A DNA stretch of 64,000 nt from Eledone cirrhosa. Taxonomy: Eukaryota. The notes below the pieces were generated by a model, which was given only the letters and a program-made list of their open reading frames with translations, did not search any database and was not told the origin of the DNA. The stretch spans positions 306,900,001 through 306,964,000 of the forward strand of contig OZ024743.1 of NCBI GenBank assembly GCA_964016885.1. Direction: 5' to 3'. Of this stretch, positions 12,383-25,441 are shown one piece after another (positions within the stretch are counted from its first letter, which is position 1; each line of letters begins with the position of its first letter). The position numbers were made by a program, and so were the translations under genes.

Positions 12383-13525
12383 ATGTATAAATTATATAGT
12401 GGGTGCCTTAACCTGTTCTTACAGGATCACTGTGCTACCAACAACATCATAACACCTGAACAAGCTGGTGGAAAGAGGGAGGTGTGGGGTTGCATTGATC
12501 ACCTACTAACTATTAAAATGATTCTGGAAAAAACAACAAAGAATCGCAGAAACATGACTGTGGTGTGGCTGGACTATCAAAAAGTATTTGATAGTGTACC
12601 TCATGGGTGGATTATTAAGGCTTTACAGTTAGAAAAAGTCCCACAACCATTGGTAGCTGCTGTTGAACGCCTGACCAAGAACTTGTACACCAATTGGATC
12701 CTTAGAGGTGAGAAGGAGCAAGTTAAGACTGATAAGATACATTACCAGAAGGGCATCTTTCAGGGTGATAGTTTGTCAGTGCTACTCTTCGTTCTCTCAC
12801 TAAATCCACTATCTTACCTACTCAGGAAACAAGGTGGACAAAGAAGTGGGTCCAGAAGTATCTCCCAACTTTTCTTTGTTGATGACCTGAAGTTGTATGG
12901 GCCAAATATCAATGAGATCAAGAAACAATTGGACCTCATTACACAATTTTCAACAGACATCAAAATGAAATTTGGTCAGTCCAAGTGTGCATATTTGGCA
13001 GTAAAACGTGGAAGAGCTGTGCCCTCCACTAGAAATCTAGAGATGAACGGCCTGACAATACAACCTCTACAGTCAGGTGACAACTACAGATATCTTGGAC
13101 AGGATGAGAATGTCAGATATGATGGACCCATAAATAAGGAGAGAACCAGAACTGAATATCTCAGAAGAGTAAAGAAAATATGGTCATCAGAACTGTCAGC
13201 GTACAACAAATACATTGCCCACAATACTTATGCTGTGCCAATTATAACGCCAACATTTGGCCTGCTGAACTGGTCATTGCAAGAACTAAGTGAGATAGAT
13301 GTTAGAACTCACAAACTTCTCAGTGTTACTGGGAACTTTAACATCAATGGTGATGTGGATAGGCTATACTTCTCACGCAAGGAAGGTGGCCGGGGTCTAA
13401 AATCCATATTAACAACATATGGGACCCGGATAGTAACACTGAGGCAACACCTTCAACAGAGGAAAAAGGTTGGCAACCATCTTGCCCAGGTTTATGAGCA
13501 TGAAAAAAAAATATCATTAGAATAG
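12383..13525 (+). pseudogene. Non-LTR reverse transcriptase (R4/Dong-like), broken
   Basis: WLDYQKVFDSVPH, GIFQGDSLS, FFVDDLKLY, YRYLG, EGGRGL. Confidence 0.88.
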
Positions 13526-13602
13526 CGACTGATCTGGAGGAGAGATATGGAATAAAGCCTGATATAAATCTCTCACCCAGAGAAATCGGAAGATCCTATT
13601 CA

Positions 13603-14322
13603 ATGTTCAAACAAGATGAAAAAATTGACCAATTTACAGAAAAAGTTGTGCATGGATACTTGAGACGTAAAACACAGACCATAGAGGGGATAAACCACTC
13701 AAAAAGCCTGGCATGGAGTTCCGACAAGTTTATGACATCATACCTTGAGGGATATCTCTATGCAATACAGGAACAAGAACTCCCTACCAAATATCTGCTG
13801 CACAAAAGGGGAGGGCCAACAGCTGACAATAAATGTAGGCTATGTAAAACAAAGATCGAGGATGTAAGCCACATTGTTGCCAGCTGCGAAAGAATGTCAT
13901 CTCACTACTACCTCCCCATGAGACACGATGGGATAGCTAGAACCATCTGGAACGCACTTCGGAAAACAAAATTAACAACAAACGAGGAAGAATATATTGA
14001 GACAGATGGCACTAAGGAATACTGGTGGAACCTGAAAATAAAAACTGCCACCAAATTAAAGCACAACCGGCCTGATATTGTTGTTTGGGGCCACACATTG
14101 AAAACGTGTTCTGTTGTGGAGGTCAGCTGCCCATTTGATGTAAACGTTGTCAGAAAAATACAGGAGAAGGAGGACATCTACGGACCATTTATGAGGAGTT
14201 TACAAATCCAGTATCCAAGATACACCTTTAGCTTCATACCCATCATTATTGGAGCTACGGGTTATATACCAACCCGCTTGGACCAAAGTATGACTGAACT
14301 AGTCTACAAATCGCTGCGATAA
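13603..14322 (+). pseudogene. CCHC zinc knuckle plus restriction-like endonuclease of the LINE
   Basis: CRLCKTKIEDVSHIVASC, RHD, HNRPDIVVW, VVEVSCPFD. Confidence 0.85.
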
Positions 14323-14462
14323 CTGGCACCTTCAAAATTTGCAAAACATTCTTGCGATTCAAGGGATGACAATTTCTTTTCTTTTACAACCTTGCCACCA
14401 GGAAGGTGGCCGGTCAAAAAAAATATACTCGAAATTAAGAGAAAGAGATAACATACATACAT

Positions 14463-15019
14463 ACTGCCACCAAATTAAAGCACAACCGGCCTGATATTGT
14501 TGTTTGGGGCCACACATTGAAAACGTGTTCTGTTGTGGAGATCAGCTGCCAACTTGATGTAAACGTTGTCAGAAAAATACAGGAGAAGGAGGACATCTAC
14601 GGACCATTGATGAGGAGTTTACAAATCCAGTATCCAAGATACAGCTTTAGCTTCAGACCCATCATTATTGGAGCTACGATCTGAGTTCAAATCCCGCCGA
14701 GGTTGACTTTGCCTTTCATCCTTACGGGGTCGATAAAATAAAGTACCAGTAATGCCTTGTGCCTAAAGTAAAAGCAATTATTGGAGCTACGGGTTATATA
14801 CCAACCCGCTTGGACCAAAGTATGACTGAACTTGGATTTGCGGACAAAGAGTGCAGCTCCCTAATTCATAGTCTACAAATGGCTGCGATAGCTGGCATCT
14901 TCACAATTTGCAAAACATTCTGGCGATTCAAGGGATGATAATTTCTTTTCTTTTACAACCTTGCCACCAGGTAGGTGGCCGGTCAAAAAAAAATACTCGA
15001 AATTAAGAGAAAGAGATAA
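14463..15019 (+). mobile_element. Second, tandem 3'-end copy of LINE family B, interrupted by a SINE
   Basis: Repeats 14044-14451; followed by (TACA)n. Confidence 0.8.
14679..14776 (+). mobile_element. 5'-truncated tRNA-derived SINE (MetaSINE-like core)
   Basis: B-box gagttcaaatcc, core gcctttcatccttacggggtcgataaaataaagtaccag; 15-bp TSD attattggagctacg. Confidence 0.8.
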
Positions 15020-15240
15020 CATACATACATACATACATACATAGGCACACGCACAAACTACCTGAAAAATAACTAATTTAAAATCGATAGCAAATGCTTT
15101 GATAATATTAGATGTTAATCGAATCTCAACAGGTGTTTAATCAATTACCTCTATATCTTTACAAACTACATCTTACACAACTCAAAATGCATACGCAAAT
15201 ACATATATATACATATATATATATATGTGTGTGTGTATAC

Positions 15241-15443
<203 letters not shown>

Positions 15444-15538
15444 TAAATATAAATTCCGCGAGAAGCGCATTTCGGCGGGTAAAAAAAAGCGAAACGTAAC
15501 GCAAATTCCGAGTCATATATATACATATATATATACAT

Positions 15539-15632
<94 letters not shown>

Positions 15633-15656
15633 ATAATAAATTTGAAGACTAAAATC

Positions 15657-15705
<49 letters not shown>

Positions 15706-16481
15706 GTTTGGAGCTAGAAGGCCAGAACAATGCAGGTATGGATATAGAATATAAATACAAATGCAAAATATATTGCTGACAATTAGTCTTTTACCTTAAA
15801 TTTATTTGAATATCCTTAATTTTCGAGATATCTCTTCTTCGGAGAGAAGTAAAGGGCTTAATCCAGTGTTCTAATTAGCTTGCAAGCTTATTGCTTCATC
15901 TGTAAATTAGTGTTATTTAATCCATATTTATGGATTAGAGTTGTTTAACTGTGGGAATTTTCAACGGTTTAATATCCGGAAGTGGATATGGAATTAAGGG
16001 GAGTTAATGCGTAAGGGGAGGTAACTAGCTCATTATAATAATTAAATTCCTTGCTCTAATAGACATTATATAGTGCCCCAATTGTATCCCTTATATAAAA
16101 AGTTATATATTTATATTTAATTTTAAATACAGTCTACTCTCTCATAATATATTAAAGGTTTCATTAAATTGTTGTCTACTCAATATTATATAGTGCCATA
16201 ATTGAATTCCTTATACAAAATGTTATATATTTATATTTAATTTTAAATACAGTCTTCTCTCTCATAATATATTAAAGGTTTCATTAGATTGTTGTCTACC
16301 CAATATTTGGTAAGATATGGAATAACGTATAGCTGTTTGCATGATAAACTAGATACATCTCTAGAGTAAATAAATTAATCCTTTATATACAATGTTATTA
16401 ATTTATACATCTAATTATAAATGTATATATCATTCATTGTTCCATATTACATTTAAGTTAGATAAATCCCTTAGAAATCCC

Positions 16482-17061
16482 TAGAAAAAATGAAACGAAA
16501 TTTCATTTCCCAATCTTAGTACGGCTGTTACTTAAATATAAGTATGTACACGTACATACATATATGTATACAGACGTACAGTAGTATGTATATATATATA
16601 CATACATCCACACATATATATATGTACGTATGGATTCACCGAACATTTATTATAATGCTCGGTGTGTTTGTAAACAAACATCCCGTATTAAGCCGTAGTG
16701 TCTAGCAACCATCGTTGCTCGTTTGTTCAACACTGACAAAAGAACGCTGTACTAGTTTCAAGCTTATTAGCTATCGTCAGCAACGTATACCTTTCTGCCA
16801 GATTGTTGAACGTATAGTTGACGATAGCTAATAAGCATGAAACTAGTACAGCGTTCCTTTGTCAGTGTTGAACAAACGAGCAACGATGGTTGCTAGACAC
16901 TACGGCTTAATACGGGATGTTTGTTTACAAACACACCGAGCATTATAATAAATGTTCGGTGAATCCATACGTACATATATATATGTGTGGATGTATGTAT
17001 ATACATATACATACTACTGTACGTCTGTATACATATATGTATGTACGTGTACATACTTATA
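16482..17061. mobile_element. Fold-back non-coding HHR element (retrozyme-like), related to the 59-62 kb array
   Basis: Arms ~16536-16779 and ~16820-17061; the left arm has an extra tail with the hairpin aaatgaaacgaaatttcattt. Confidence 0.75.
16745..16785 (-). ncRNA. Minimal type I hammerhead ribozyme
   Basis: cgttg-CTGACGA-t-agct-aata-agct-t-GAAA-CTAGT-A-cagcg. Confidence 0.85.
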
Positions 17062-17074
17062 TATATACAGTATG

Positions 17075-17203
<129 letters not shown>

Positions 17204-17239
17204 GTGTGTGTATGTTTGTATGCATGCATGTATGTATAT

Positions 17240-17761
17240 GTCAGGTCACTCTCGAGTACTACTGGTAACATGTAACCCAGAACAACCTGTCTCATTGTCG
17301 GATCGTCGGTGACTAATCCGGCAACTCCACCAAGCTTGCTTGGTGTGGAGGGTGATATTTGGACACCCTGCGGGATGAAATACAAGACCCCGCAAAGGGC
17401 AGAGGAACTCGTCAGAGTCAACAGACATCCAAATAGTACCTTTCTTTTTTTTACCTGGGAGTGAAAGGCCCCTAGTTGTTGTCACAACACCTTCCTAAAG
17501 AGGGGAAACTCTGAAAAAAACCTGCGGCTTCGGAAGCATCCGATGATGTTGACTGGTCTTCATTTTCGGGTAGTGTTTTCGATGCTGAGAGAGTGGGATT
17601 GGTCGAGTGCAAGGCCTTTCCCCACTAAAAAAAACCTTCAAAGCACAGGCATTGCTTGTTCAGGATCTGTTACAGGTTCGTGCGGCTGGCCGTAGCCTAA
17701 AAGTGCACCAAACTCTCTATAATCTGACAAGCGATTGCAGAACTTTTAGCAGAGTTTGCAG
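17240..17761 (+). mobile_element. RTE-related SINE-like element
   Basis: 5' gtcaggtcactctcgagtactactggtaacatgtaacccag; reverse complement of 46710-47240 and 57257-57770. Confidence 0.65.
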
Positions 17762-18474
17762 AGTTTGTGTATATTTCTGTGCGTGTGTGTGTTTGTGAGT
17801 GAGTGTGTGTGTATATATGTATATATGAATGCGTGTTTTTACGTATGTATGTATGTACGCATGTATGTATGTATATAAGTATGTCTGTCAACATGTTTCT
17901 TTTTCTTAATTTCGTGTTTATTTTGGCCGATTGCCTTTTCTCAAACTAAGTTCAATTTTAAGAACGTTTTATAGACTTGGAAAATTCCAGATATCGCGGA
18001 TATTTGCAGTTGACCTCGGTAGGATTTGAACTCGGAATGTAAATAACCGTAAATAAATACTACCAATTAGTTCTCTATTTCTATTTATATATTTGTCTTG
18101 TTCAATCTGCTAGAAGGAATACAGAAAATGTGATAATATACATGGAAATATAAATGTATAATATACATCGAAATAAGGGAAGAAAAAATTAATTAAGACA
18201 GATTCTACACTACGACCTGAGTGGTCATTCGGCCGAGCCCATTGGAAAGATTAGCAAACGTATTGCCACGGAGAACGGCCAGCGAAACCTGCTGCGACGG
18301 CCACCCCAACTTACAGGGCTCCTTCCTCAAGCGGGTTGCTGTCTTTCCAATTTTAAGAAAGAAATCAGCAGTACAGGGACCAAGGTTTCGACGGTCACTG
18401 GTCCGACAAGGAAGCGATTGGTCAAGCCAAATCAGTTGTCTAGCGTTCTAACGATTCTGCCCTAAATAATTATT

Positions 18475-18690
18475 GCTAATTTAGGCACAAGGCCGGCATT
18501 TAATGCCAAGGGAAAAGTCAGCTATATCGATCGACCCTTGATATTTACTGGTATTTTATCTTATCGACCCCGGAAGGACGAAAAGCAAAGTTGACCTCAG
18601 CACGATTCGAAGTCAAGCTTAAACAGCAAGAACACAGGTTACAAAGACTTTTGTCCGGCGCTCAACTTTTTCTGCTAATCTACCGGTCTG
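18475..18690 (-). mobile_element. Diverged tRNA-derived SINE
   Basis: aggcacaaggcc, tactggta..tatcgacccc..aaagttgacctc core on the minus strand. Confidence 0.55.
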
Positions 18691-19553
18691 GTTTCGAATT
18701 TTGGCAGGAGTTGGGAAGAAAATCAATTAAATTGACCCCTATACAGGACGGGACTGGACAGGTACTTACTTTATCGACCCCGAAAGGATGAAAAGAAAAG
18801 TTGACCATCACAGATTAAAAGTCAGATCTTAAAGAGCCGTAAATACATACCTCAAATGATTTTCTCTTGTCCAATGCTTGAACAATTTGTTTTGATGGTT
18901 GGGTGATATTGTTTGGAGCGGGTGGGCAGGAGGGTAGTATTGTTTCTGGTATTGTTTAAAGTGGGTAGGTGGTGGGTGGTATTGTTTCTCGTATAGTTTC
19001 AAACGGGTGGGTGGTATTGATTCGAGCGGGACTATACATATGACTGTATGTATGTGCGTGTGTATTTGTATGTGCGTGTTTGTGTGCACGTATGGGATTG
19101 TGTGTGTGCATGTTTGAGTGTGCGCGCGCGTGTGTATGTGTGTGTGTGTGTGTTTGTGCGTGTCTTTATACATTTTCCTGTGCGTATTATGTATATATTT
19201 TGTATGTGTATCTGTATATGTTTATTTGAGTGTGTATTTGTGTGTATTTGTATGTAGGTGTATATATAAGTGTGTGTATATTTGTTTACGTATATACTTT
19301 TGTGTGCATGTCAGGTGATCATTTACACAAAACCAATACATTGCTATTTAGAAGACCACACAATCCCCCAATCAAGATGAAAGCCACACACACCTATGTT
19401 CTCTACCTATTGTTTCACCACTGTGATTGCCCCCACCTCACCATTTACTGTCAGTTTTAAAGGGTTTTAGGAGCTGAATAGAGACCTGCGTCAGCACAAA
19501 CAATAATATAATAGTTTACAAAACTAACACACGCGTAGTGTATGTGTAATCTT

Positions 19554-19636
<83 letters not shown>

Positions 19637-19807
19637 GTTTATATACATATATATATATATGTATATATATATATGTATATATATATGTATATATACGTGT
19701 GTGTGTACATATATATTTATGTATATATATACATATATGTATATATATATATATATATACATATGTATACATATATATATATATATTTATATATATATAT
19801 ATGTATG

Positions 19808-19862
<55 letters not shown>

Positions 19863-20274
19863 GTATATATATATATATACATATATATATACATAATATA
19901 TATATGTATATATATATATATACATATATATATACATAAATATATATATATATATATGTACACACACACGTATATATACGCACGCACACAGACACACAGA
20001 CAGACGCACACACACACACACTCATCTATAGCAACATGTGCACGTGTACGTGTGTGTGTATGTTTGATTTGAACACGCGTTGCAAGTGAATTTAAATAGC
20101 TTCGTTTTATGCTTAAATGCACATTCCGCTCACAAATATATAAAAATCTGCGTTTCATACCCTTTCCTCAGTACCTGCTAATCTTTCTGTCTTTTCCCAA
20201 TTTACACACACTATCTCTCTATCTCTCCCGTTCTCCCTCTCTCTCTACCTCTCCCTTTCTCACTCTCTCTCTTT

Positions 20275-20312
<38 letters not shown>

Positions 20313-20373
20313 TTATATATATATTTTTATATATATATTTTTATATATATGTTTTTATATATATGTTTGTCTG

Positions 20374-20413
<40 letters not shown>

Positions 20414-20426
20414 TGTGTGTGTGTGC

Positions 20427-20458
<32 letters not shown>

Positions 20459-20493
20459 GTTTGTGTGTGTGTGTGTGCATATATATATATATA

Positions 20494-20551
<58 letters not shown>

Positions 20552-20564
20552 TAATATATATATG

Positions 20565-20609
<45 letters not shown>

Positions 20610-20611
<2 letters not shown>

Positions 20612-20785
20612 CAAATGAATTGTGGTAAGGAACCAAATGGACCATAACGCACCAGAGTACTCAATACTTAGAGTAGTAGAGTGGGTAATAGGAAAAAGTA
20701 TAACGCCGACGGCAGAGCTCAGGCCGTTTCGACGGCTATTTCTGGACGTCGAAACGGCTTGAGCTCTGCCGTCGGGGTCATACTT

Positions 20786-20789
<4 letters not shown>
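20610..20789. mobile_element. Short fold-back PLE-type insertion, copy 4
   Basis: Same family as 2034-2268. Confidence 0.75.
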
Positions 20790-20833
<44 letters not shown>

Positions 20834-20843
20834 GTATATATAA

Positions 20844-20910
<67 letters not shown>

Positions 20911-20960
20911 CGTATATATATACACGTGTGTGTATGGCGGGGTGTATATATTATATATAC

Positions 20961-21026
<66 letters not shown>

Positions 21027-21544
21027 AAGACATGTTTGGGTGCGTGTATATATCTGTGCGTGTGTGTTTCTCTGTGTACGTGCGCATGTGTGAGTATAGA
21101 AACGTGTGTGTGTCCATCATATCCCGAGGCAATTTCCCACTTCCAACGACCTGACGTCAGCAATATTGAAGAGATGGACAGATCTGTACGTGACTCAGCC
21201 TCGTTTACCGAAGCCTCTTATTCTGTTAGGACTGTTAACGTAGGCAATGCTGGACGTTACAGTCTAATAGTAATGGGCATCAAACATAAAACTATGCACA
21301 CACAAACACAAACACGTATATATATATATGTGTGTGTATATATGTATATATATATATATGTGTGTGTGTGTATATATGTATATACACACACAGACACACA
21401 CATACACATACATATATATATATATATATACATACACATACACACACACGCACACACAGACATACATATAGATATATATATATATATATATACACACACA
21501 TGTATAATATACCTGTAAAAAGAAAACAAAGCATGTAATGAATA

Positions 21545-21590
<46 letters not shown>

Positions 21591-21787
21591 AGAGTGTGTG
21601 TGAATGTGTGTGTATGCGCGCATGTGTGTGTGTGTGTGTGAGTGTGTGTGTGTTTGTATATATATATACAAATATACATACATTACATTCATACACATAT
21701 ACATACATACTTACACGCATGCATCCATACATATATTACATCATATATATAAACAGACATATATTACATATATACATACATACATGC

Positions 21788-22318
21788 ATGATGGCTGCCC
21801 CCTCGTTATCGAATATGGCCATTGCACGATATACCATTATTAATAATTATTAATTAATTCTATCGTGCAATGCCTGTGCGTGAAGATATTTTTTTAAGTG
21901 AGGAAAGACTGTGCACTGAACCAATCCCACTCTCTGAGCGACACTAGCTATAACCCGAAAAGAAGAAAATATCAACATCATCGGTAACTACTGAGCCGCA
22001 GGTTTTATATCGGAGTTATACCAGTTTCCTGAGTTGCCTTCTCCTAGAAGAATGCCCTGACAAAGGCTAGGGGTCCTTCACTCCCAGTGGTTTAACCTCG
22101 CGGTACATGTGTATATACATATTTACACACTTTCGGATGGCCGTTGACTCTTATGAGTTCTTCCTCCCTTTGTCAGGTTTTGTTTTTTGTCCTGCAGGGT
22201 GTCCAAAATCACCCCCCTCACCAAGTAACTTGGTGGGGTTGCCGGGTTAGTCGCCGACGACCCGACATGCGACAGGTTGTACTGGGTTACATGTTACCAG
22301 TAGCACTCAAGAGTGACC
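21788..22318 (-). mobile_element. RTE-related SINE-like element
   Basis: Full-length family copy between (TACA)-type repeats. Confidence 0.65.
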
Positions 22319-22787
22319 ATGTATACATATATACATACATAGATACATACATAAATACATACATACACACAGACATATATACATACATACATACATATAC
22401 ATACAAACATTCATAGATACATACATATACATATATATATATATATATATACTTTTATACATATACAAATATAGTCATTTGTATAGGAATATACATTTTT
22501 TTCTCATACATATATACCACTATATGCAAATGAGGCTAATCACCAAATGTACATAGGTGTCAAAACTATATGTTTTCGCCTATATTAAGTTCCAGCAGAG
22601 AGCAGGGTAAGGCAGCACTGTCTTGATAACGATCAGAGTCAGAAACGATGTCGTCGACAGTTACCTACCCTTTGCTTCTAGTGGAATCTGCTAGAGGGCT
22701 ATACGTCGTCAGTTTCCAAATTCATAGCTGAAGGCTTTCAAAATATTTATTTGTAAACATACCGTATATCACGAGATATACAAAATA

Positions 22788-22837
<50 letters not shown>

Positions 22838-23164
22838 TATATGTATATATATATATATATATATATTTATGCACGTACAGAGACAGACTAACAAACAGGT
22901 GAAGTCATTCATGCGCATGTAACGTAACATGCAAGAATCAATAACTCAAAAATGATTGATTGAACGGTTTCGTAGGATAGCTATCGAACCCTATCGGATA
23001 ACTATTGATCCCATCAAGAGGTAGTGGCTGGTGATGATGATATTGATGGTAGTGATGAAGATGATGATGATGTTCTTAATGATGAGGATGAGGGTGTTAT
23101 TGATGATGATGATGATAATGGTGAAGATGATGATGGAGATAGCGATGGTGTTTGGTAATGATAA

Positions 23165-23352
23165 TAATTGGTTCTACTTTTGGCACAAGGCCAGCAATTG
23201 CCCAGTGTATTACTGGTACTTTATTTTATCGACCCCGTAAGGATGAAAGGCAAAGTTAACCTCGGCGGGATTTGAACTGAGTCCGTAAAGGGACGTAACT
23301 GTACTGCAAAGTATGGCGTCCGACCCTCTACCGATACTGCCAAATCACCAAT
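23165..23352 (-). mobile_element. tRNA-derived SINE (MetaSINE-like core)
   Basis: Reverse complement of 34140-34322. Confidence 0.8.
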
Positions 23353-23360
23353 AATGAGTT

Positions 23361-24080
23361 TCAGAAGATCCCATTAATTCTTTCCATTGTGTTTTTCTCT
23401 AATTCCTGACTGTTCTCTAGTGGGGGTGTTTTAACTACGATCTTTATATCATCAACGTAGCGGGAGTACATTATCAGGGTTATGGGGTCTTCTAATTGTT
23501 CTTTAAGTTTAAGTTTAAGTCTACTGTCCCACCATACCATGAATAAGTTAGCTATGTCGCCTGCAATGCTAACACCAATGGCTGCTCCCTCCTCTTGGGC
23601 ATATGTTTTTCCATTAAATTTGAACATATGTTTCTTAAGGGTTAATTTTATGCTGGCCCCCACCGCATGTGCAATCATTTTCTTTAGTTCATCGTGGTTT
23701 TCGGGGGTCCGTATGGCTCTGGTCCACCCGTTCCATCTAGCTGTGTGGGTTTTCTTGGCCATTGAAGTAATGGTAGGTGGTCTGCCTCTTGCTGGTCTTG
23801 TAGGGCACAGGTTGCTAAGGTCATATGTGTCTAGATAATTATTACTATAAGTAAGTTTAAGTAGGAGTCCCAGCTCACTGGTTACAATCCCACGGAACTC
23901 AACATTGTTCTCACTGATGATTTCTACGCATTTCTCCACAGCAAAATCCACATCAATAGATGGATACAGGGACACAACATCCATACTACCTATTATGCAG
24001 TTTGTTAGGTCCCTAGATCGGTTACTCTCGGTGATTCTGCTGAGGAGGTCCTCCGTGCTGTGACATACATCTGGGGACAT
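23361..24080 (-). pseudogene. Penelope-like reverse transcriptase fragment
   Basis: IGSMDVVSLYPSI, FKFNGKTYAQEEGAAIG, ANLFM, YSRYVDD; next to an oppositely oriented HHR-bearing pLTR (24160-24375). Confidence 0.8.
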
Positions 24081-24246
24081 TTCAATGATGGGGCGTATGA
24101 TCAGGGAGAGGAAGTAGGACAGTCTGTAGTTACTGGCAATGTTAGCTCCATGAATGGCACCATGAATGGACCTGTTATTTTTCTCTCAAAACATTTTTCG
24201 GATTCCACCCTGCTCGTCCCTTTGATCTTTCTAATTACTCATTCTT

Positions 24247-24288
24247 TTTTCTGGTGAAGGTGAAGGACTAGAGTCCGAAACGTTAAGA
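24247..24288 (+). ncRNA. Degenerate minimal HHR (family of 39947)
   Basis: CTGGTGA..ggac-taga-gtcc-GAAA-cgtt-aaga, with a small duplication. Confidence 0.45.
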
Positions 24289-24369
24289 CCCTCTTCCGAC
24301 TATTTCAAGCGTTAAACTAATATATGCCTTCCATATATTGTACCGATTGCGTTGTTATTTCTGTTTACC

Positions 24370-24458
<89 letters not shown>

Positions 24459-24732
24459 ACAAAAAGTTATCGCTCTACATGGCTGAATACAATAAATGTA
24501 ATCTGAGTTTTTCGAATATTAATAATAATATTCGATTTGTTTGCAATTTTGCAAACAACCCTCTTTTAAGCCATGTCAGTAGAATGAGCCCCTCATTCTT
24601 GCTCTTGTGTTGGCATGACACTAATGTTTCTGGGTGATTACCCTTCATCAGTGCAGTTCACTGTTCACCTCCCAACTGTCAGAGCTAGTGAAAATATATG
24701 ATATTTTCTAAAATATACAGTGACTGATCGCC

Positions 24733-24786
<54 letters not shown>

Positions 24787-25295
24787 ACAAATTTATGATG
24801 TATATAATCTATTTCCTTGTACATTGATCTATATTTCTAACAGATATATGTGTAGCTGAATCAAACATACAACGCTATCATCAAAGAGTAGAAGGTTTTA
24901 TTCCTGCTGGTGTTGACCGGCCAAAATGTAGTATCCAAATATTTTCTCTCTAAGTGTAGTTCAGTATATATTTTCGTCCTCCACCATCACGAAATTCCCA
25001 CCATTCCCCTATTTAGGACTTCTTCAATCCTTTCATTGCCATATTTCTTATCAGAAATACTGTATATTGTTTTTAAATCATTTTCAAAATTATCAAGAAT
25101 TTTAAAGTATTTAGTGATGTATTTTACGTTGTCGTCATTAAGATGTTTGGAAGATATTTTGATAAAGATTCTTACATAAAATACTTATGTAATTAGATTT
25201 TTGGGGGTCAGTTTTAGACGGTTGCTGCTGGCATGACCCGCTGGAAGGAGTGCTTGAGGACTCTGCCCCAACAACCCTCTCAGGAATAAGTGGTC

Positions 25296-25365
25296 GAAGA
25301 AGAAGAAGAAGAAGAAGAAGAAGAAGAAGAAGAAGAAGAAGAAGAAGAAGAAGAAGAAGAAGAAG

Positions 25366-25441
<76 letters not shown>
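25296..25441. repeat. (GAA)n(CAA)n compound microsatellite
   Basis: Read directly. Confidence 0.95.

Larger units (their letters stand above)
12245..14451 (+). mobile_element. 5'-truncated R4/Dong-type LINE, family B
   Basis: RT, CCHC and RLE ORFs; (TACA)n on both sides. Confidence 0.88.
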
